From Clostridia bacterium (lineage in GTDB: Bacteria > Bacillota > Clostridia > Acetivibrionales > UBA4821): a stretch of DNA of 64,000 nucleotides. The stretch covers positions 19,725 through 83,724 of the forward strand of contig JAWLCD010000004.1 in the NCBI GenBank assembly GCA_041687355.1, read 5' to 3'. Below are positions 29,433 to 39,823 of this stretch, piece by piece. The position numbers and the translations under genes were made by a program. Under the pieces are notes generated by a model. That model ran no database searches, was not told the origin of the DNA, and worked only from the letters and a program-made list of their open reading frames with translations. Numbering within the stretch: the stretch's first letter is position 1; every line of letters starts with the position of its first letter.

Positions 29433-30431
29433 TTATTCCGAATTTCTGATTAGTTCTTCAGCAATCTGCACTGCATTTGTTGCAGCACCTTTTCTGATGT
29501 TATCTGCAACCACCCAAAGGTTTACGCCATTTTCGACGCTCTCATCCCTTCTTATCCTGCCAACATAAACCTCATCCTTTCCGGATACTTCTATCGGCAG
29601 GGGGTAGATGTTATTATTGACGTCATCCTGGACAACTATTCCGGGAGCCCGTGCCAGAACCTGCTTAAGTTCTTCAAGGTCAAATTGCTTTTTGAATTCA
29701 ACGTTTATTGATTCGCTGTGGCAATTAAAAACAGGCACCCTAACTGTGGTTGCTGTTATCCTAAGGGATGGTTCACCTAATATCTTTCTGGTTTCGTTGA
29801 CCATCTTCATTTCCTCTTTAGTATATCCATTTTTTTCAAATACATCAATATGAGGTAGAACATTGCCTGCTATAGGATGGATAAATTTTTTCGGAGGCTC
29901 ACCCTTCAAGCCGTTCTCCAAATCCAGATAGCCCTGCAGGCCTGCGCCGGATACTGCCTGATAGGTTGAGTAAACTACCCTTTTAATATTATATTTGTCA
30001 TGCATGGGTTTTAATGCAACAACTGCCTGAATAGTTGAGCAATTGGGGTTTGCAATTATCCCATTATGATTAAGTACATCCTGAGGGTTCACTTCGGGGA
30101 CTACAAGCGGAACTGAAGGGTCCATTCGCCAGGCGCTGCTGTTGTCAATAACTACACACCCCTTTGAAGCTGCAATGGGTGAAAATCTCAGGCTGGTACC
30201 TGAGCCTGCAGAGAAGAGGGCTATATCAATTTTATGCTGGTCAAAGGAGTTTTCGGTTAGTTCCTCTATCTGGTATTCTTTTTCCATGAATGCTATAGTG
30301 CTTCCAGCACTTCTGGATGATGCAAAAAGGTAATAATTATTTATCGGAAGATTTCTTTCTTCAAGAACTTTCAAAAAGGTACGCCCTACCATACCGGTTG
30401 CACCTACAATTGCAAGATTGATATTTCTCAT
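29433..30431 (-). CDS. asd: Aspartate-semialdehyde dehydrogenase
   Basis: AIVGATGMVGR, NPNCSTI active site; ATG for MRNINL has GGGGGGAG upstream (track start 30449 is 6 codons longer). Confidence 0.9.
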   Translation of the reverse strand: MRNINLAIVGATGMVGRTFLKVLEERNLPINNYYLFASSRSAGSTIAFMEKEYQIEELTENSFDQHKIDIALFSAGSGTSLRFSPIAASKGCVVIDNSSAWRMDPSVPLVVPEVNPQDVLNHNGIIANPNCSTIQAVVALKPMHDKYNIKRVVYSTYQAVSGAGLQGYLDLENGLKGEPPKKFIHPIAGNVLPHIDVFEKNGYTKEEMKMVNETRKILGEPSLRITATTVRVPVFNCHSESINVEFKKQFDLEELKQVLARAPGIVVQDDVNNNIYPLPIEVSGKDEVYVGRIRRDESVENGVNLWVVADNIRKGAATNAVQIAEELIRNSE

Positions 30432-30526
30432 GATATTATCTCCCCCCACAGTTTGTAAAATATAGTATGCTGTAATTAGCCTTGTGTGTCATACCCAGTC
30501 CAACATGCTGAGGATTGGGGTAAATT

Positions 30527-30775
30527 AAAAGCCGGTCGTGTGGACCAGCTATATGTGACCACAACAAGACAAGCCTAACGCAAGCCTTGCTGCGACCTGA
30601 ACACCTTTAAGATAGCTCTCCACCAGCGTTTGATGACAGTCATGCCGCTGTTAGCGTCATAACCAGGATGTATGCAACCGGGTACATATTCCTTCGGCAC
30701 TTATACCTTTCTCCGGCATCATTGAAACCCTGTTTTCTCAAACCGGATACTGATTAGAAGTGCACCTCTACCTGA
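30527..30775 (-). promoter_or_regulatory. Lysine riboswitch (L-box) with terminator, leader of asd-dapA-dapB-ACT
   Basis: The minus strand reads AGAGGTGC...GCCGGAGAAAGG...GTGCCGAAGG...ACTGTCA...TGGAGAGCTATC, the conserved L-box blocks. The terminator GCTGGTC-CACAC-GACCGGC + TTTTAATTT is at 30527-30555. Confidence 0.85.
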
Positions 30776-30854
30776 AATAATATGGTAGGGGGACGCGACC
30801 ATTCGCTTCGCTCAAGGAACGTCCCCCTTTGATTTAGTTTTAAATCTTTAGCTA

Positions 30855-30883
30855 ATGATACCATTCAGTATTGTGTATGTCAA
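30855..30883 (-). promoter_or_regulatory. Putative sigma-A promoter for the L-box/asd operon
   Basis: Minus strand TTGACA - 17 nt - TATCAT. Confidence 0.5.
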
Positions 30884-30890
30884 ATAGTAA

Positions 30891-30954
30891 GGGGAAATGA
30901 ATTAACTAGTGAGTAAGTTATGGAGAAATCTGATTTCGCAGTCCTTATGAGTGG
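30891..30954 (-). repeat. Copy 3 (short form) of the intergenic repeat family
   Basis: The reverse complement reads CCACTCATAAGGACTGCGAAATCAGATTTCTCCATAACTTACTCACTAGTTAATTCATTTCCCC. It matches the two ends of 21128-21319 joined without the insert. Confidence 0.65.
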
Positions 30955-30992
30955 CTAATTTATCTTTCCCTGTAACCAGCTTACCCCTTTGT

Positions 30993-32216
30993 TTATACTG
31001 GATTTTCCCCAACTACTTTATAAGTATCGCGTGCTATCATAAGTTCTTCATTGGTATGGATTACAAATACCCTGGTCCTTGAATCCCTGTGAGTTATTTC
31101 AATTTCTTTGTGCTCAAGAGTTCTATCTACTGCGTTCTTGTTCTGTTCCTCATCGACTATTATACCCATACAGTCGAGGTTCTCCAGAGACTTTTGACGT
31201 ACCCTCCAGTCGTGTTCACCTATACCAGCAGTGAATATAATTGCATCTGCTCCATCAAGCACGGCCATATACTCACCTATGAACTTCTTTATTCTGTAGC
31301 AGAACATATCAATAGTGAGTTTGGCTCTTTCGTTATCCTGATAAGCAGCTTTCTGGATGTCTCTAAAATCACTGCTGACACCCGATACACCTAGAATTCC
31401 CGACTTCTTGTTGAGAATATTATTTATTTCCTTAATTCCCAACTGTTCGTTTTCCATTAGATATGGTATTATTGCAGGGTCTATTGTGCCGCTGCGTGTG
31501 CCCATCATAAGCCCTTCCAGAGGAGTAAATCCCATTGATGTATCTACCGATTTTCCCTTATTAATTGCGCAGATGCTGGCGCCCCCTCCTAGGTGGCAGG
31601 AAATTATCTTTAGCTGTTCAAGGGGTGCCTGCATAATCTCAGATGTCTTGGCAGCTATATACCTGTGCGATATACCATGAAAGCCGTACTTTCTGATTTT
31701 ATGTTTTCCATACATCTCGTACGGAATAGGATAAATGTAGGCATAATCAGGCATGGTTTGGTGGAAGGCGGTATCGAATACCGCGACCATTGGGGCTGAA
31801 GGTAATAATTCCCTGCAGGCCTTTATGCCAATAATATTCGAAGGATTATGAAGGGGAGCAAGCCTGGAGCATTGTTCTATGGCGTCAAGAACTTTATGGT
31901 CAATAAGTACCGAGTCATGGAAGAACTCTCCACCATGCACAACCCTGTGTCCGACGGCCGAGATTTCGTCCAGGGATTTTATTATCATATTCCGGGGGTC
32001 GGCTATACATTTGAGGACCAATTGAACAGCCGAGGTATGGTTAGATATTTCCTGATTAATAGTAATCTCATCCTGATTGATATGCTTGCACTTCATGAAC
32101 GAGCCTTCAAGTCCAATGCGGTCACAAATGCCTTTTGACAAAACTTCTTCATTTTCCATATTAATTAACTGAAATCTAAGAGAGCTGCTGCCACAGTTGA
32201 TAACAAGTATTTTCAC
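30993..32216 (-). CDS. ackA: Acetate kinase
   Basis: MKILVINCGSSSLRFQL N-terminus; 407 aa; downstream of pta. Confidence 0.95.
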   Translation of the reverse strand: MKILVINCGSSSLRFQLINMENEEVLSKGICDRIGLEGSFMKCKHINQDEITINQEISNHTSAVQLVLKCIADPRNMIIKSLDEISAVGHRVVHGGEFFHDSVLIDHKVLDAIEQCSRLAPLHNPSNIIGIKACRELLPSAPMVAVFDTAFHQTMPDYAYIYPIPYEMYGKHKIRKYGFHGISHRYIAAKTSEIMQAPLEQLKIISCHLGGGASICAINKGKSVDTSMGFTPLEGLMMGTRSGTIDPAIIPYLMENEQLGIKEINNILNKKSGILGVSGVSSDFRDIQKAAYQDNERAKLTIDMFCYRIKKFIGEYMAVLDGADAIIFTAGIGEHDWRVRQKSLENLDCMGIIVDEEQNKNAVDRTLEHKEIEITHRDSRTRVFVIHTNEELMIARDTYKVVGENPV

Positions 32217-32266
32217 TATTACTTCTCCTTTCCAGCTGCAAATATATAATTCAGACAGGTGAAGGC

Positions 32267-33259
32267 TTAGAGTGCAGCAGCCTGAATAGCTGTAATGGCT
32301 GCTACACCAACTATGTCTTCAGCTTTACACCCCCTGGACAGGTCGTTAACCGGTTTTGCCAGACCCTGGGTAATCGGGCCGTATGCTTCTGCCTTGGCAA
32401 GTCTCTCAGTAAGCTTATAGGCAATATTACCTGAATTGAGGTCCGGGAAAATGAGTACATTTGCCCTGCCGGCAATTCTGCTTCCGGGAGCTTTAAGCTC
32501 TGCTATTCTTGGAATCAGTGCTGAATCAACCTGCATCTCGCCTTCAATCATTATATCCGGTGCTTTTTGCTTTGCCAGTTCAACTGCCCGGATGACCTTC
32601 TCGGTTAATTCACTCCTGGCGCTTCCGAAAGTAGAATACGAAAGCATTGCTACCCTGGGAGTAATCCCAAACATATTTTTCAGTGTACGAGCTGATGATA
32701 CAGCTATTTCGGCAAGCTGAGCCGAATCGGGGTTTTCATTTAAGCCACAGTCTGCATATACCAAAAGTCCGTCTTCACCATACTGCTCATCAGGTGAAAC
32801 CATAAAGAAGAAAGATGAAACCAGTTCAACCCCAGGTGAGGTCTTGATTATCTGAAGAGCAGGTCTCAAGGTGTCGGCAGTAGAATGAATGGCACCAGAT
32901 ACCAGACCATCAGCATGGCCCTGCTTTACCATCATGGTTCCAAAATAGACAGGGTCCTTTAAAAGGTCTCTTGCCTGCTCAATAGAGAGGCCTTTGTTTT
33001 TTCTCAACTCATACAGTGCCTGAACATACGCTTCAAAGCTGTCTGACCTGAGGGGTTCTACGAATTCTACACCCGGGATATCTTCTCCTCCTGCAGACCT
33101 CAATATTTCACCCTTGTTTCCTACCAGTATTACATCCGCAATTCCTTCATTCAGAATCATACCAGCTGCTTTTGCTACTCTGGGGTCGGAGCCTTCGGGG
33201 AGTACAATTCTTTTTCTGTTTAATCTTGCCCTTTGTTTAATGGTTTCTATGAGACTCAT
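32267..33259 (-). CDS. pta: Phosphate acetyltransferase
   Basis: About 330 aa PTA_PTB pattern; ATG for MSLIET has AGGAGG upstream (track start 33298 is 13 codons longer). Confidence 0.9.
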   Translation of the reverse strand: MSLIETIKQRARLNRKRIVLPEGSDPRVAKAAGMILNEGIADVILVGNKGEILRSAGGEDIPGVEFVEPLRSDSFEAYVQALYELRKNKGLSIEQARDLLKDPVYFGTMMVKQGHADGLVSGAIHSTADTLRPALQIIKTSPGVELVSSFFFMVSPDEQYGEDGLLVYADCGLNENPDSAQLAEIAVSSARTLKNMFGITPRVAMLSYSTFGSARSELTEKVIRAVELAKQKAPDIMIEGEMQVDSALIPRIAELKAPGSRIAGRANVLIFPDLNSGNIAYKLTERLAKAEAYGPITQGLAKPVNDLSRGCKAEDIVGVAAITAIQAAAL

Positions 33260-33477
33260 ATTATCCTCCTGCAAAGGGTCGATTTTTATTCGGCCCATAT
33301 ATTATTATTGACTCTGACAGTACAAATTATAGTTTAATTCACACTACATGTCTACTTAAAATCATGATGAGGAATCCTTGCCGTCACTTTTGCCAATTGG
33401 GTTTAATTGTGATATATTTAGATTGTGAATCAATTCATCTATGCATAATACTGCAGAGTATTCCGGGAGGGTGGATA

Positions 33478-35844
33478 GTGAGAACTAAAAAGGCTGACAA
33501 AAGAAAGTCGAAGTCAAGAAAGAATAAACGTGAGAATAATGCTCAGAGCCAGGTACATCCCCATATACATCGTTCTATCGTTGGTATTACAGTCATATTT
33601 GTATCTATACTCCTGATTGCGAGTACAATGTTTACTTCAGAGACAGGACCGTTTGGACAGGTTATTCGTACCGTTCTTCTGGGTACGTTCGGTATAGTAG
33701 GCTTTACTTTGCCATTCATAGTGCTTTATGCAGGCTGGATTATATCCGTAAAGGAGCATCCCCGAATGTATAGAAACAGGCTGCTGTGTATGCTGGGGCT
33801 TGTTATACTGGCCTCATGCTTCTTATACCTGTTGTTTGAGGACGGTCTTTATCAGTCCCAGTCAGTATTTGCTCAAAACCTGGGAAGGTTTTTCGAAGCA
33901 GGTACTCAGGGTGAAGGTGGGGGAGCAGCTGGTGGACTGCTTACGGTTCCTCTGGTCATGACGTTTGGTCCTGCAGGTGCGTTTATAATACTTATGGCTG
34001 CATCAATAATAACCTTTGTTCTTGCAACCAATCTGACATTCAAGGCGTTTCTGGTAAGACTCAAAGGTCTGGTAAGCAGAGTGGGGCAGTTTTGCGTAGG
34101 GATTTTGTCCCGAAAAGGTAAAGGGACTGATGACAAATCTGCAGCTGAATGGGAGGGAATTACCGACCGGACAAGAATAAACGAAGCAAGGGAAAAAGCT
34201 CCTGAAATATTTGATTTTGCCGAGAGAGAAGAGGCAGGTTCCGACCATAAACCTCGAGAAACAGATGAAAAGAGTCAATCCAGAGAAGCCGGTTCTGCTG
34301 AGCAGGTCGCCGGAGAAGGTAAGGAGAACAGAAGGGTCAAAGCCGAACGCGTAAAAAGTGCAGAGGTTGAGGAACTGAACCTTGACCACACAGCGTTGCG
34401 AAAGCTGGATGAAGATTACAAGCATCCATCAACCGAACTCTTGAAGAGTACAGAAGGAACAGGAAAAACGGGTTCAAAGAAAGAACTTCAGGATACGGCA
34501 GTTAAACTTGAGCAGACGCTTTCAAGCTTTGGGGTTAATGCAAAGGTTATTAATGTAAATAGAGGACCTACGGTTACCAGGTACGAGCTTTCACCCGGAG
34601 CAGGAGTCAAGGTGAGCAAAATTGTCGGACTGGCCGACGACCTTGCACTGAACCTGGCAGCTCCGGCTGTGAGGATTGAAGCGCCTATACCGGGTAAGGC
34701 AGCGGTTGGAATTGAGATACCAAACAGGGAAATTTCACCGGTTTGCCTGAGGGATGTGGTAGAGTCGAGGGAATTTAAGAATTTTCCGTCCAACCTGGCT
34801 TTTGCCATAGGTAAAGATATCGCGGGAAGGACGGTCATAGGGGATATTGCCAGGATGCCTCATCTGCTTATAGCAGGCGCAACCGGCTCAGGAAAGAGTG
34901 TATGTATAAATACCCTGATTACCAGTATCCTGTATAAGGCAAGGCCTGACCAGGTTAAGCTCCTTATGGTAGACCCAAAGGTTGTTGAGTTGGGGGTTTA
35001 CAATGGTATTCCACACCTGCTTATTCCGGTTGTTACTGACCCGAGAAAGGCTGCAGGAGCGTTAAACTGGGCAGTCCAGGAAATGGTGAGCAGGTATAAT
35101 CTTTTTGCTGAGAAAGGTGTAAGAGATATTAAGGGATACAATTCGGTGCTTAAGGATGAAGGAGTTGAAGCACTACTGCCGCAGGTAGTGATAATCATTG
35201 ATGAGCTTGCTGACCTGATGATGGTTGCACCCAACGATGTTGAAGATGCCATTTGCAGACTGGCACAGATGGCACGTGCTGCAGGTATGCACCTGGTTGT
35301 TGCAACCCAGAGGCCTTCTGTGGATGTAATAACCGGTGTGATAAAGGCCAATATACCTTCAAGAATTTCTTTTGCAGTATCCTCACAGGTGGATTCCAGA
35401 ACCATACTCGATGTGGCCGGAGCAGAGAAGCTGCTGGGCAAAGGTGATATGCTCTATTATCCTGTAGGCGAACCAAAACCTATAAGGCTGCAGGGAGCCC
35501 TTATATCCGATAAGGAGGTTGAGGCGGTAGTCCAGTATATCAAGAACCAGGCAGAGGCCTCCTATGATGAGGATATAATAGAGAAGCTTGAAAATGAAGG
35601 CGAAAGGGCCGAGAGTGACCCCGGAGACAACGATGTGCTTCTGCCTCAGGCTATTGATATGGTAGTAGAGACCGGACAAGCCTCAATATCCATTATCCAG
35701 AGGAGATTCAAAGTAGGGTATGCAAGGGCTGCCAGGCTTATAGACCAAATGGAAGCACGCGGGATTGTGGGAGGATTTGAAGGAAGCAAGCCGCGAAGGG
35801 TACTGGTATCGAAACTTCAGTGGGAAGAAATGAAGGCAGAATAG
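33478..35844 (+). CDS. ftsK: DNA translocase FtsK/SpoIIIE
   Basis: N-terminal TM helices, charged linker, motor domain with Walker A GATGSGKS and Walker B IIIDELADL, C-terminal gamma wHTH; GTG 33478 with GGGAGGG upstream preferred over the track start. Confidence 0.9.
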   Translation: MRTKKADKRKSKSRKNKRENNAQSQVHPHIHRSIVGITVIFVSILLIASTMFTSETGPFGQVIRTVLLGTFGIVGFTLPFIVLYAGWIISVKEHPRMYRNRLLCMLGLVILASCFLYLLFEDGLYQSQSVFAQNLGRFFEAGTQGEGGGAAGGLLTVPLVMTFGPAGAFIILMAASIITFVLATNLTFKAFLVRLKGLVSRVGQFCVGILSRKGKGTDDKSAAEWEGITDRTRINEAREKAPEIFDFAEREEAGSDHKPRETDEKSQSREAGSAEQVAGEGKENRRVKAERVKSAEVEELNLDHTALRKLDEDYKHPSTELLKSTEGTGKTGSKKELQDTAVKLEQTLSSFGVNAKVINVNRGPTVTRYELSPGAGVKVSKIVGLADDLALNLAAPAVRIEAPIPGKAAVGIEIPNREISPVCLRDVVESREFKNFPSNLAFAIGKDIAGRTVIGDIARMPHLLIAGATGSGKSVCINTLITSILYKARPDQVKLLMVDPKVVELGVYNGIPHLLIPVVTDPRKAAGALNWAVQEMVSRYNLFAEKGVRDIKGYNSVLKDEGVEALLPQVVIIIDELADLMMVAPNDVEDAICRLAQMARAAGMHLVVATQRPSVDVITGVIKANIPSRISFAVSSQVDSRTILDVAGAEKLLGKGDMLYYPVGEPKPIRLQGALISDKEVEAVVQYIKNQAEASYDEDIIEKLENEGERAESDPGDNDVLLPQAIDMVVETGQASISIIQRRFKVGYARAARLIDQMEARGIVGGFEGSKPRRVLVSKLQWEEMKAE

Positions 35845-35892
35845 CAGAAAGTAAAAGGCCGGAGAGAATGTCTCCGGCCTTTTACTTTCTGC
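35844..35892. terminator. Bidirectional terminator hairpin (perfect 22-bp stem) between convergent ftsK and the FapA-like gene
   Basis: GCAGAAAGTAAAAGGCCGGAGA-GAATG-TCTCCGGCCTTTTACTTTCTGC. Confidence 0.8.
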
Positions 35893-35897
35893 TTTAT

Positions 35898-37703
35898 TTA
35901 TCTTAATACCAGTTTCCCATCAACTATTCTTGCATATATATCGGTTTCTGTATCTATAAACCTGTGTGTGAAGGCTCCAACTTTTATAATATTGTCGTTG
36001 TATATTCTTTTTATCTTGATTACTCCGTTGGGTGGTACTGATATGGTAGTAGGCACGCCCATTTCCGAGCCAACCTGATTAACCTCAATCATTTTCTCAG
36101 AGTGAATGACCGAGCCCCTGACTACACCGTTAATGAGGATTTTATCATTTGCCCTAATGTCGCAGTTGAAGCATCCTTTTTCAGTAATCTTAACGCAGCC
36201 TCTGGCATTGATTTCAGAGTTTGCAGCATACATGAGGATTATATCTCCTTCAACTATGGTATCGTCCTGTGTATAGTATGTAAGTCCGTTTAGTATAGCC
36301 TTTACCTTATATAGCTGTTCAATGGTTTTTACGGCGCTGCAGTTTCCGAGGAATATCTTCAAAGCTGAGATGAGCTGGTCTCTTTTTTCAATCAGGCAGT
36401 CATACTGATTGGTTTTGAGCGCCACGATGAAAGCGTATATATCCTGGGGAAGCTTATGGTATTTGGAGTTTAGAAGCTCCTTAACCTTTGGGCCTATTCC
36501 ATCGGGGTATACAGTATTTACAAGCTTATCCTTGCAGGAATTTTCAATTTCCTGAATAATCAGGTCAATTGATTCTGTGATGGGTAGTATGTCCTCGCCG
36601 GGGTCTCTGATTATTATATTCCTATTGCCTGATTCAACCTTGCTCGAGATAACATTGCCGCTTATTGCAACGCTGTTCCCGGATTTAATTTCTGCAAAGT
36701 GGGAATCACCTTTTACATAAATGCTGCCTTTTGCCTGGACTTCCATTGCTTCTTTCACATTGCCGTTTACTATGACGTTGCCTTTGAATTTTATATTACC
36801 GCGCTTGATGTCAACATCGCCGTTTATTTCAAGCTTTTCGTTAATATTGATAGAAACTGCAGTTTCGCTTTTAACAGCTTCAGCCTTGCCGGCCTTTATA
36901 CAGCGAGCAATCTTACCATTCTCTTCAATTATGACTCCATCTCCGTCACAAAGCCGAATATCCTTCGGCATGGGAGTCTTAATGAGCTTCCCGGTTACTG
37001 TAATGCCATCTGCGCCCGGTTTCATGGGATGCTTGACAGCCAGTACATCACCAATGCCAGAACTCTTATAGTCAATAAAGTTCCTGAAGTCAACTCTTCC
37101 GGCTTCATCTTCGTTTAGATTGATTTCGAATTTTTCCTGGCTGAACATGTATTCAATCCAAGCGTCTTCAGGAGGGGTGACCTGTGTGCCGCGAGCAGCG
37201 ATTATATATTTATCTTCATACGTGCTGCATGCTTGTTTGATATTCTCTTCTATTATACCGGTTGTAATACCGTGTTTTTCAAGTGCGCTATATATCTTTT
37301 CTTCAGAGATATATCCGACATTCTCAATTACTTCAAGAGCTTTAAGCTCTAATAGGTTGGAGGGTTCACAATCAAGGACTTCATATCGAGATATTCTGGC
37401 TGGGATTGTATGCAGGACAGCTTCCATTTCGTCTTCAGAAATTTTTATTTCGATAAGCTCTTCACGTATGATAGTTTCAGGCTTGATTTCAATTACATCA
37501 TCCTTACCAGGAACAACCAGATGGCTGCATTCCATACCGTTGATAACCAACTTGACCCCTTCGCAAGGGTTGATTGCCGGTGGAAGGCCAAGACCGCTTT
37601 CGCTGGTGAAGTCAACCTTTCTGTTTTTTATCCAGACCTGACCATCCAGTTTTTCCTGCTTATTTATTTTGGAAGATTCGGAATAGCTTAGCATTTTCAT
37701 CAA
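35898..37703 (-). CDS. FapA-family (DUF342) protein
   Basis: 601 aa; repetitive beta-helix-like segment (GNIKFKGNVIVNGNVKEAMEVQAKGSIYVKGD...ISGNVISSKVESG) typical of DUF342; assignment by pattern only. Confidence 0.45.
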   Translation of the reverse strand: MMKMLSYSESSKINKQEKLDGQVWIKNRKVDFTSESGLGLPPAINPCEGVKLVINGMECSHLVVPGKDDVIEIKPETIIREELIEIKISEDEMEAVLHTIPARISRYEVLDCEPSNLLELKALEVIENVGYISEEKIYSALEKHGITTGIIEENIKQACSTYEDKYIIAARGTQVTPPEDAWIEYMFSQEKFEINLNEDEAGRVDFRNFIDYKSSGIGDVLAVKHPMKPGADGITVTGKLIKTPMPKDIRLCDGDGVIIEENGKIARCIKAGKAEAVKSETAVSININEKLEINGDVDIKRGNIKFKGNVIVNGNVKEAMEVQAKGSIYVKGDSHFAEIKSGNSVAISGNVISSKVESGNRNIIIRDPGEDILPITESIDLIIQEIENSCKDKLVNTVYPDGIGPKVKELLNSKYHKLPQDIYAFIVALKTNQYDCLIEKRDQLISALKIFLGNCSAVKTIEQLYKVKAILNGLTYYTQDDTIVEGDIILMYAANSEINARGCVKITEKGCFNCDIRANDKILINGVVRGSVIHSEKMIEVNQVGSEMGVPTTISVPPNGVIKIKRIYNDNIIKVGAFTHRFIDTETDIYARIVDGKLVLR

Positions 37704-37965
37704 CCTCCATATCTTTGCTCAAGCTATTTTTGTTCTCATAATATATATCGGTATAGCAAATAAATTGAATAAGATCTTTTTATGTGAACGTTGGAAATAT
37801 AGGATGACGATTGAAATAATACCATCTAAAAAATGTTTATAAAGGAAGGAAAAAAACTCAATTTGTCGAATATATATATATATAATTTTCTTATGGATTA
37901 GAAGATGATGAAAGGCTCTTTTGAGTTAAGAAACAATAAGTTGATTGAAAAGGAGAGAGTTTCAA

Positions 37966-39768
37966 GTGAGAATAGTAAGAAGAGGAACTATGGTTATAAT
38001 TCTTGTACTGGTACTAATGCTTGCCTCAGTAATTTCTAATGCAAATGCACAAAACAGCCCGGATTTAGAGGAAGAAATAGCAGTTCTGCTGACAGAGATA
38101 GGTTTGTTAAAAGGAGACCAGGACGGCAATCTGATGCTGGATAATAAGCTGACCAGGGAACAGATGGTAGTTATTATAAGCCGTTTAAAAAACGTTGAAG
38201 ATGAGGCAAGAGTATATCCGGTTGACGGCATAAAGTTTAAAGATGTGCCTGAACAGGGTGAGTATAAACATTATATAGCATGGGCCCAAGGAAATAAAAT
38301 TATTTTGGGTTACAGCAGTGAAAGATTTGGCTTTAAAGACTACTTAACCGGGTGGCAGGCAAAGGCTATACTTGTCAGAACATTGGGATACACAGAGACA
38401 TCCGATGAAGACATGAATAATAAAGCTGATGAACTGGGTATTACCACTGGCGTGCATTTTGATGACGATACTCCTATTATGCGGAGAACTATGGCGGTTT
38501 TGATGTATAATTCTTTATTTGCAAAAACCAGTGAAGGTAAAATACTTGGTGAAGAGTTGGGCATAGGAGAGGAAATACTGAAAAACAGAAAAACAGGAAA
38601 GGTTGTTGAAAGAGAAGCATCTGTAAGGCAGGACGGCTGGGTTTACTATAAGAACACGGAGGATGGAAATAAGCTGTATAAGGCAAGAGAAGATGGCAGC
38701 ACCGTCACTAAGCTTGATGATGGCGAGGTTAATTGTCTGGATGTTTCAGAAGGATGGGTTTATTTCAGCAGTAAGTCAGACCAGGATAAGCTGTATAAGA
38801 TAAGTATAAATGGGGTAGGCAAGGTCAAGCTTGGAGATTATGCATGTGACTATATTGATGTATATGGTGACTGGATATACTTCATAAACAAGTCGGATTA
38901 CAGCAAGATATACAGAATGAAGCTGGATGGAACAGGCGGAGCCGTAATCAGCCAGGACTCCGGATTATACTTACGGGTTCAGGGAGACTGGGTTTACTAT
39001 AGAAATGTTTTAGACAGCGGTAAGCTGTATAGGATAAATGTCAATGGAAGCGGAAGAATGAAGATAGTTGACGACCAGGCTTTATATATAACCGTCTCGG
39101 GAGATTGGATTCAATATACTGCTGCAGATGAGGGAAGCCTGACAAGGTATATGGTCAGAACTGACGGTACAGGTAAGAAGAAGATAAGTAAAAATCCGAT
39201 GTCAATAGTAACTGAAAACTATGATGAAGACATAAAAGAGCAGGCAGCCGCCAAGGCCGGCCTGGAAGAGTATACTGTTGAGAATCTGGATATTGAGGGC
39301 GATTGGATTTACTACAGCAATGCAGATGATGGCGGCAAGTTATACAAGGTAAAAACGGACGGAACCGGTAATGCCAAGGTAGATGACGATGAATGCAGTT
39401 TTATAGATGCAGACCAAGAGTGGATATATTTTGTCAGCAAATCGGATTACGGAAGGATATACAGGATAAGACCGGACGGCACGGATAAGGATTCTTTAAA
39501 CAGGGACTATAGTGCCTTCATGTGCTTGCACGACGGTTGGATTTATTACAGGAACCTGATGGACGAGCAGAGGGTATACAGGATGGGAGCAGACGGTGAA
39601 AACAGAGCAATGTTTATTGATGAACAGGCACTGTTTGTTAATATAATAGATGATTGGGTTTATTATAATGTTTCTGAGGGAAACAGCCTAACTGCATATA
39701 AAATGAAGCTTGACGGCACCGGTAGAGTCAGAATAACCCAAGATCCGCTTCTAATAAATGTGGATTGA
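37966..39768 (+). CDS. Secreted SLH-like domain protein with nine DUF5050-type beta-propeller repeats (5 + 4)
   Basis: Signal peptide (VRIVRRGTMVIILVLVLMLASVISNANA, GTG start with AAAGGAGAG 8 nt upstream); SLH-like segments; repeated [DG]W[VI]Y[YF]-x6-9-[LI]Y[KR]-x4-DG[ST]. Confidence 0.6.
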   Translation: MRIVRRGTMVIILVLVLMLASVISNANAQNSPDLEEEIAVLLTEIGLLKGDQDGNLMLDNKLTREQMVVIISRLKNVEDEARVYPVDGIKFKDVPEQGEYKHYIAWAQGNKIILGYSSERFGFKDYLTGWQAKAILVRTLGYTETSDEDMNNKADELGITTGVHFDDDTPIMRRTMAVLMYNSLFAKTSEGKILGEELGIGEEILKNRKTGKVVEREASVRQDGWVYYKNTEDGNKLYKAREDGSTVTKLDDGEVNCLDVSEGWVYFSSKSDQDKLYKISINGVGKVKLGDYACDYIDVYGDWIYFINKSDYSKIYRMKLDGTGGAVISQDSGLYLRVQGDWVYYRNVLDSGKLYRINVNGSGRMKIVDDQALYITVSGDWIQYTAADEGSLTRYMVRTDGTGKKKISKNPMSIVTENYDEDIKEQAAAKAGLEEYTVENLDIEGDWIYYSNADDGGKLYKVKTDGTGNAKVDDDECSFIDADQEWIYFVSKSDYGRIYRIRPDGTDKDSLNRDYSAFMCLHDGWIYYRNLMDEQRVYRMGADGENRAMFIDEQALFVNIIDDWVYYNVSEGNSLTAYKMKLDGTGRVRITQDPLLINVD

Positions 39769-39823
39769 GTTGGAATTTGTTTAATTAGGCTTCTATGAGA
39801 AATAATGAAGAAGATATAGGGGG

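Noticed and set aside
30784-30830. Hairpin GGGGGACG...CGTCCCCC as a fifth REP copy
   Set aside because: It shares only GGGGACG with the REP consensus GACAAGGGGACGGGGTT. It belongs instead to the other repeat family (GGTAGGGGGACRCG) and the L-box leader region.
33364-33477. N-terminal extension of FtsK (track start 33364)
   Set aside because: The extension has no RBS and a non-protein-like start. GTG 33478 is preceded by GGGAGGG and starts the basic N-terminus (VRTKKADKRK) typical of FtsK.
37861-37890. (TA)n microsatellite in the FapA / SLH-protein divergent spacer
   Set aside because: It is a short run of about 7 units in an AT-rich promoter region, with no evidence of phase-variable function. 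The spacing to candidate -35 elements does not give a convincing promoter.
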